The position numbers and the translations under genes are program-made. This document shows, in pieces, positions 61,581 to 64,000 of a stretch of 64,000 bases of DNA. The notes under the pieces are model-generated. The model had not been told where the DNA came from, did no database searches, and saw only the letters and a list, made by a program, of their open reading frames with translations. Source of the DNA: Eremomyces bilateralis CBS 781.70 (taxonomy: Eukaryota); assembly GCA_010015585.1 (NCBI GenBank), contig ML975150.1; one strand, 5' to 3'. Each line of letters opens with the position of its first letter. Position 1 is the first letter of the stretch.

Positions 61581-64000
61581 ATGGACCAGCTACGAAAACG
61601 TCACCGGTCGCTGACTGCTGCATCGGCCGCGGATACGCCTATTGCCGAAGAAATACATGCGTTGGTCCAAAACCTGAACGACACCCTCCCACTTTCCTCC
61701 GAACGGCACGGGTCCACCATCGATACACTCCAGGTCCAGTGCAATGATCTTCGACGGATCCGCCAGATATTGATCGAACAAGGGGACCATGGAAGAGCAC
61801 GAGATGCTTTCCGTCATGTCGGTGGTTTCATCTGTCTCCTTGACACACTACGATCGGTGTCAGGGTTTTACGATGCTTCGAAACTCTCACGAGATGAGCG
61901 CACCGAGTTTTTCGAACTTCTAAAGGCTACATTTGAAGTTCTCTCCGAGGCACTAGTTGATCATGCTGGAAACAAGAGATATTTTGCAAAACGAGTCGAA
62001 GGAGGAGGCTGGCGATCTCTGGAACAAGCTTTGGCGAGCACGGGTATTATCAACGCCTCGCAAGACGGCCTTATGCACGTTCCCGGCCTCGAGCAGTTAT
62101 TTGGTTGTCTCCTGGCATTTGCCCTGGGAGAAGAAGCCATGAGTCGGGTGTTCCGAGATATCGAGGCACACCTCTCCCGCATATCTACTACCATACACAA
62201 GCCGATAGACGATGGCAGTATGAAGGACACACACTCGGTTGCTGACTTGACCTCACACATGGTTCCTTTCCTCGAGAAATTCTTTAGTGGTAATGAGGTC
62301 GTACGAAATCCGGAAGCACTTCTGCTCGCGTTCAACTTTTGGACCATATTAGTCAAAAGCCCACTGGATCGGTCCTTGCGGTGCCTGTCCGTCGGATTCT
62401 TACACTCTTTACAGATCATCACCACCCAATCAACCCGGAACGCGGTAGCCGTTCACGGGACGGGTGTGCTTGGCCCCATACTCCGGCTTTTGCTCGACGA
62501 CGAGGCCCTTGAAGAGGAAATTCAAGTTTTACCGCTGCTCGCGGACAGCATGATGCAAATGGGCGTCACGAAGCTGGACGATGCATACTTTTTATTTCGT
62601 CGAGCAAGCATCTCGTCCGAGGCCGCAAACTTCACGCTCCGAGCCATTCGAGTATCGCGCGGCCCGGCTTTTATCCAATTTGACCTCAGCCCCTCAGGAT
62701 ATGCCTCCGTGGAGTTCTCTCGGCTGGGTCGTTCGTTTCCTCCACCCGCCTCGAGTGCGGGATACAGTTTCTGTGCCTGGATCTATATTGACAAGTTTGA
62801 TTCCTCCACACACACGACCATTTTTGGGGCCTACGATGCTGGTCAAATATGTTTCCTCCTGGCGTACATCGAAAAAGACTCGAGACAGTTTATCTTGCAG
62901 ACTTCCCTTACGCAAGCTTCGTCACGATCGAGTGTTCGCTTCAAATCCACCACTTTTGAACCAGGGAGATGGTACCACCTTGCCATCGTACATCGCAGAC
63001 ACAAAGCTACTACTCCCAGTCGCGCGACGTTGTATGTCGACGGTCACTTCACCGAGGAGGTCCGATGCCATTACCCAAGTCGACCCGCCGCCAGGACGAT
63101 CAGCACGGAAAGTTTCGGATCTTTATCGGGAAGTTCAAGGCAAGAAGAACATGTGCAGGCCTTTCTTGGAACTCCCCAAGCGCTGGCTTCAATTGTTGGA
63201 AGCAATGTGGTGAACACCAGATGGTCGTTGGCATCCTTCCATTTGTTTGAAGATGCCCTTTCCGATGAGTTGATTGCTGTCTACCAGAAGATGGGACCAC
63301 GATATTTTGGAAACTTCCAAGATACTCTCGGTTCATTCCAAACGTATCGCGCTTCCGCAGAGCTGGGCCTCCTGAACGATGCACTACACCCCAGCAAAGA
63401 TGAAAAATCCGAGATCGCATCCGCCATTAAACAGAAAGCTGCGAATGTCCTGCCGGAAAGCAAGGTTATGCTCAGCATCTCGCCCCTAACGGTGTTAGAC
63501 AGCGAGGATCACAACCACATCGATGAATCTGAACTCATCAAATCCCTCTCCCGTGATGCGGCTCATAACCTTCGATCCTATACTCTCCTGGAGGGTCATT
63601 CGATTGCGGTGAACGCTGCGAATCCTTCTATCAACAACTCCTTATGCCATCCCGACTCGATCGGCGTCTTGACTGGGCATCCAGTTGTTTGCATTCCTCA
63701 TGGCATTGATGACGCTGCATGGAGTATCGGAGGCTGCACAGGCATCGCCTTGAAACTCATCCATCTAGCAAAATCACCGGAAGCCATTGTCACCGCGGTG
63801 AAGATTCTATTCGCCCTTGTCGAAGATCATTGGAGGAATAGTGAGGCCATGGAACGAGAAGCCGGATATGCCGTACTCTCCGGTCTTATCCAGGATAAAC
63901 TTGGCATCCGCAACATGATTTCTCAAGGCGTTCCTCGAGCGGATACGGGTCGGGTCGATACCGAAGAGATGGAAAGCCTTGCGGCCGATATCCTGGACGA
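61581..64000 (+). CDS. BPH1: 5' part of a Beige/BEACH-domain protein (Bph1/LvsA-like); runs off the window end and is absent from the ORF track
   Basis: Frame from ATG 61581 reads RDAFRHVGGF, HAGNKRYFAKRVEGGGW and a ConA-like region FDLSPSGYASVEF...GYSFCAWIYIDKFD...HTTIFGAYD...GRWYHLAIVH, then YQKMGPRYFGNFQD. The BEACH domain itself lies outside the window. Confidence 0.85.
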   Translation, partial: MDQLRKRHRSLTAASAADTPIAEEIHALVQNLNDTLPLSSERHGSTIDTLQVQCNDLRRIRQILIEQGDHGRARDAFRHVGGFICLLDTLRSVSGFYDASKLSRDERTEFFELLKATFEVLSEALVDHAGNKRYFAKRVEGGGWRSLEQALASTGIINASQDGLMHVPGLEQLFGCLLAFALGEEAMSRVFRDIEAHLSRISTTIHKPIDDGSMKDTHSVADLTSHMVPFLEKFFSGNEVVRNPEALLLAFNFWTILVKSPLDRSLRCLSVGFLHSLQIITTQSTRNAVAVHGTGVLGPILRLLLDDEALEEEIQVLPLLADSMMQMGVTKLDDAYFLFRRASISSEAANFTLRAIRVSRGPAFIQFDLSPSGYASVEFSRLGRSFPPPASSAGYSFCAWIYIDKFDSSTHTTIFGAYDAGQICFLLAYIEKDSRQFILQTSLTQASSRSSVRFKSTTFEPGRWYHLAIVHRRHKATTPSRATLYVDGHFTEEVRCHYPSRPAARTISTESFGSLSGSSRQEEHVQAFLGTPQALASIVGSNVVNTRWSLASFHLFEDALSDELIAVYQKMGPRYFGNFQDTLGSFQTYRASAELGLLNDALHPSKDEKSEIASAIKQKAANVLPESKVMLSISPLTVLDSEDHNHIDESELIKSLSRDAAHNLRSYTLLEGHSIAVNAANPSINNSLCHPDSIGVLTGHPVVCIPHGIDDAAWSIGGCTGIALKLIHLAKSPEAIVTAVKILFALVEDHWRNSEAMEREAGYAVLSGLIQDKLGIRNMISQGVPRADTGRVDTEEMESLAADILD

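Overview
Filamentous ascomycete (Pezizomycotina-type) genomic DNA with short GT-AG introns and CTRAC branch points. The window holds about 14 intron-containing or intronless genes: MAPKK MKK1, branchpoint-binding protein BBP/SF1, a TALE homeobox gene, a Yra1/ALY-CHTOP-like RRM protein, a BVMO/FMO-type monooxygenase, an Rgf3-like Rho GEF, a Dip5-like permease, an R/D/E/P-rich repeat protein, CDC37, an MDL-type ABC half-transporter, EFR3, a Pth11-like membrane protein, MRPS16 and the 5' part of a BEACH protein. It also holds an intron-containing tRNA-Gly(UCC) and several decayed intergenic relics. The most striking signal is the BBP/SF1 intron inside the KH domain. It is packed with BBP's own CTAAC/TACTAAC recognition sites and has several unproductive alternative acceptors, which suggests splicing-based autoregulation. 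The Yra1/CHTOP-like gene has an analogous poison acceptor. Other observations are a 692-bp TIR element with a perfect 8-bp TSD beside the tRNA, a dispersed ~145-bp repeat, a shared TGACAG-array motif, and a cUUCGg hairpin in the homeobox intron. All exon boundaries were read by eye; gene names come from recalled motifs, not database searches.
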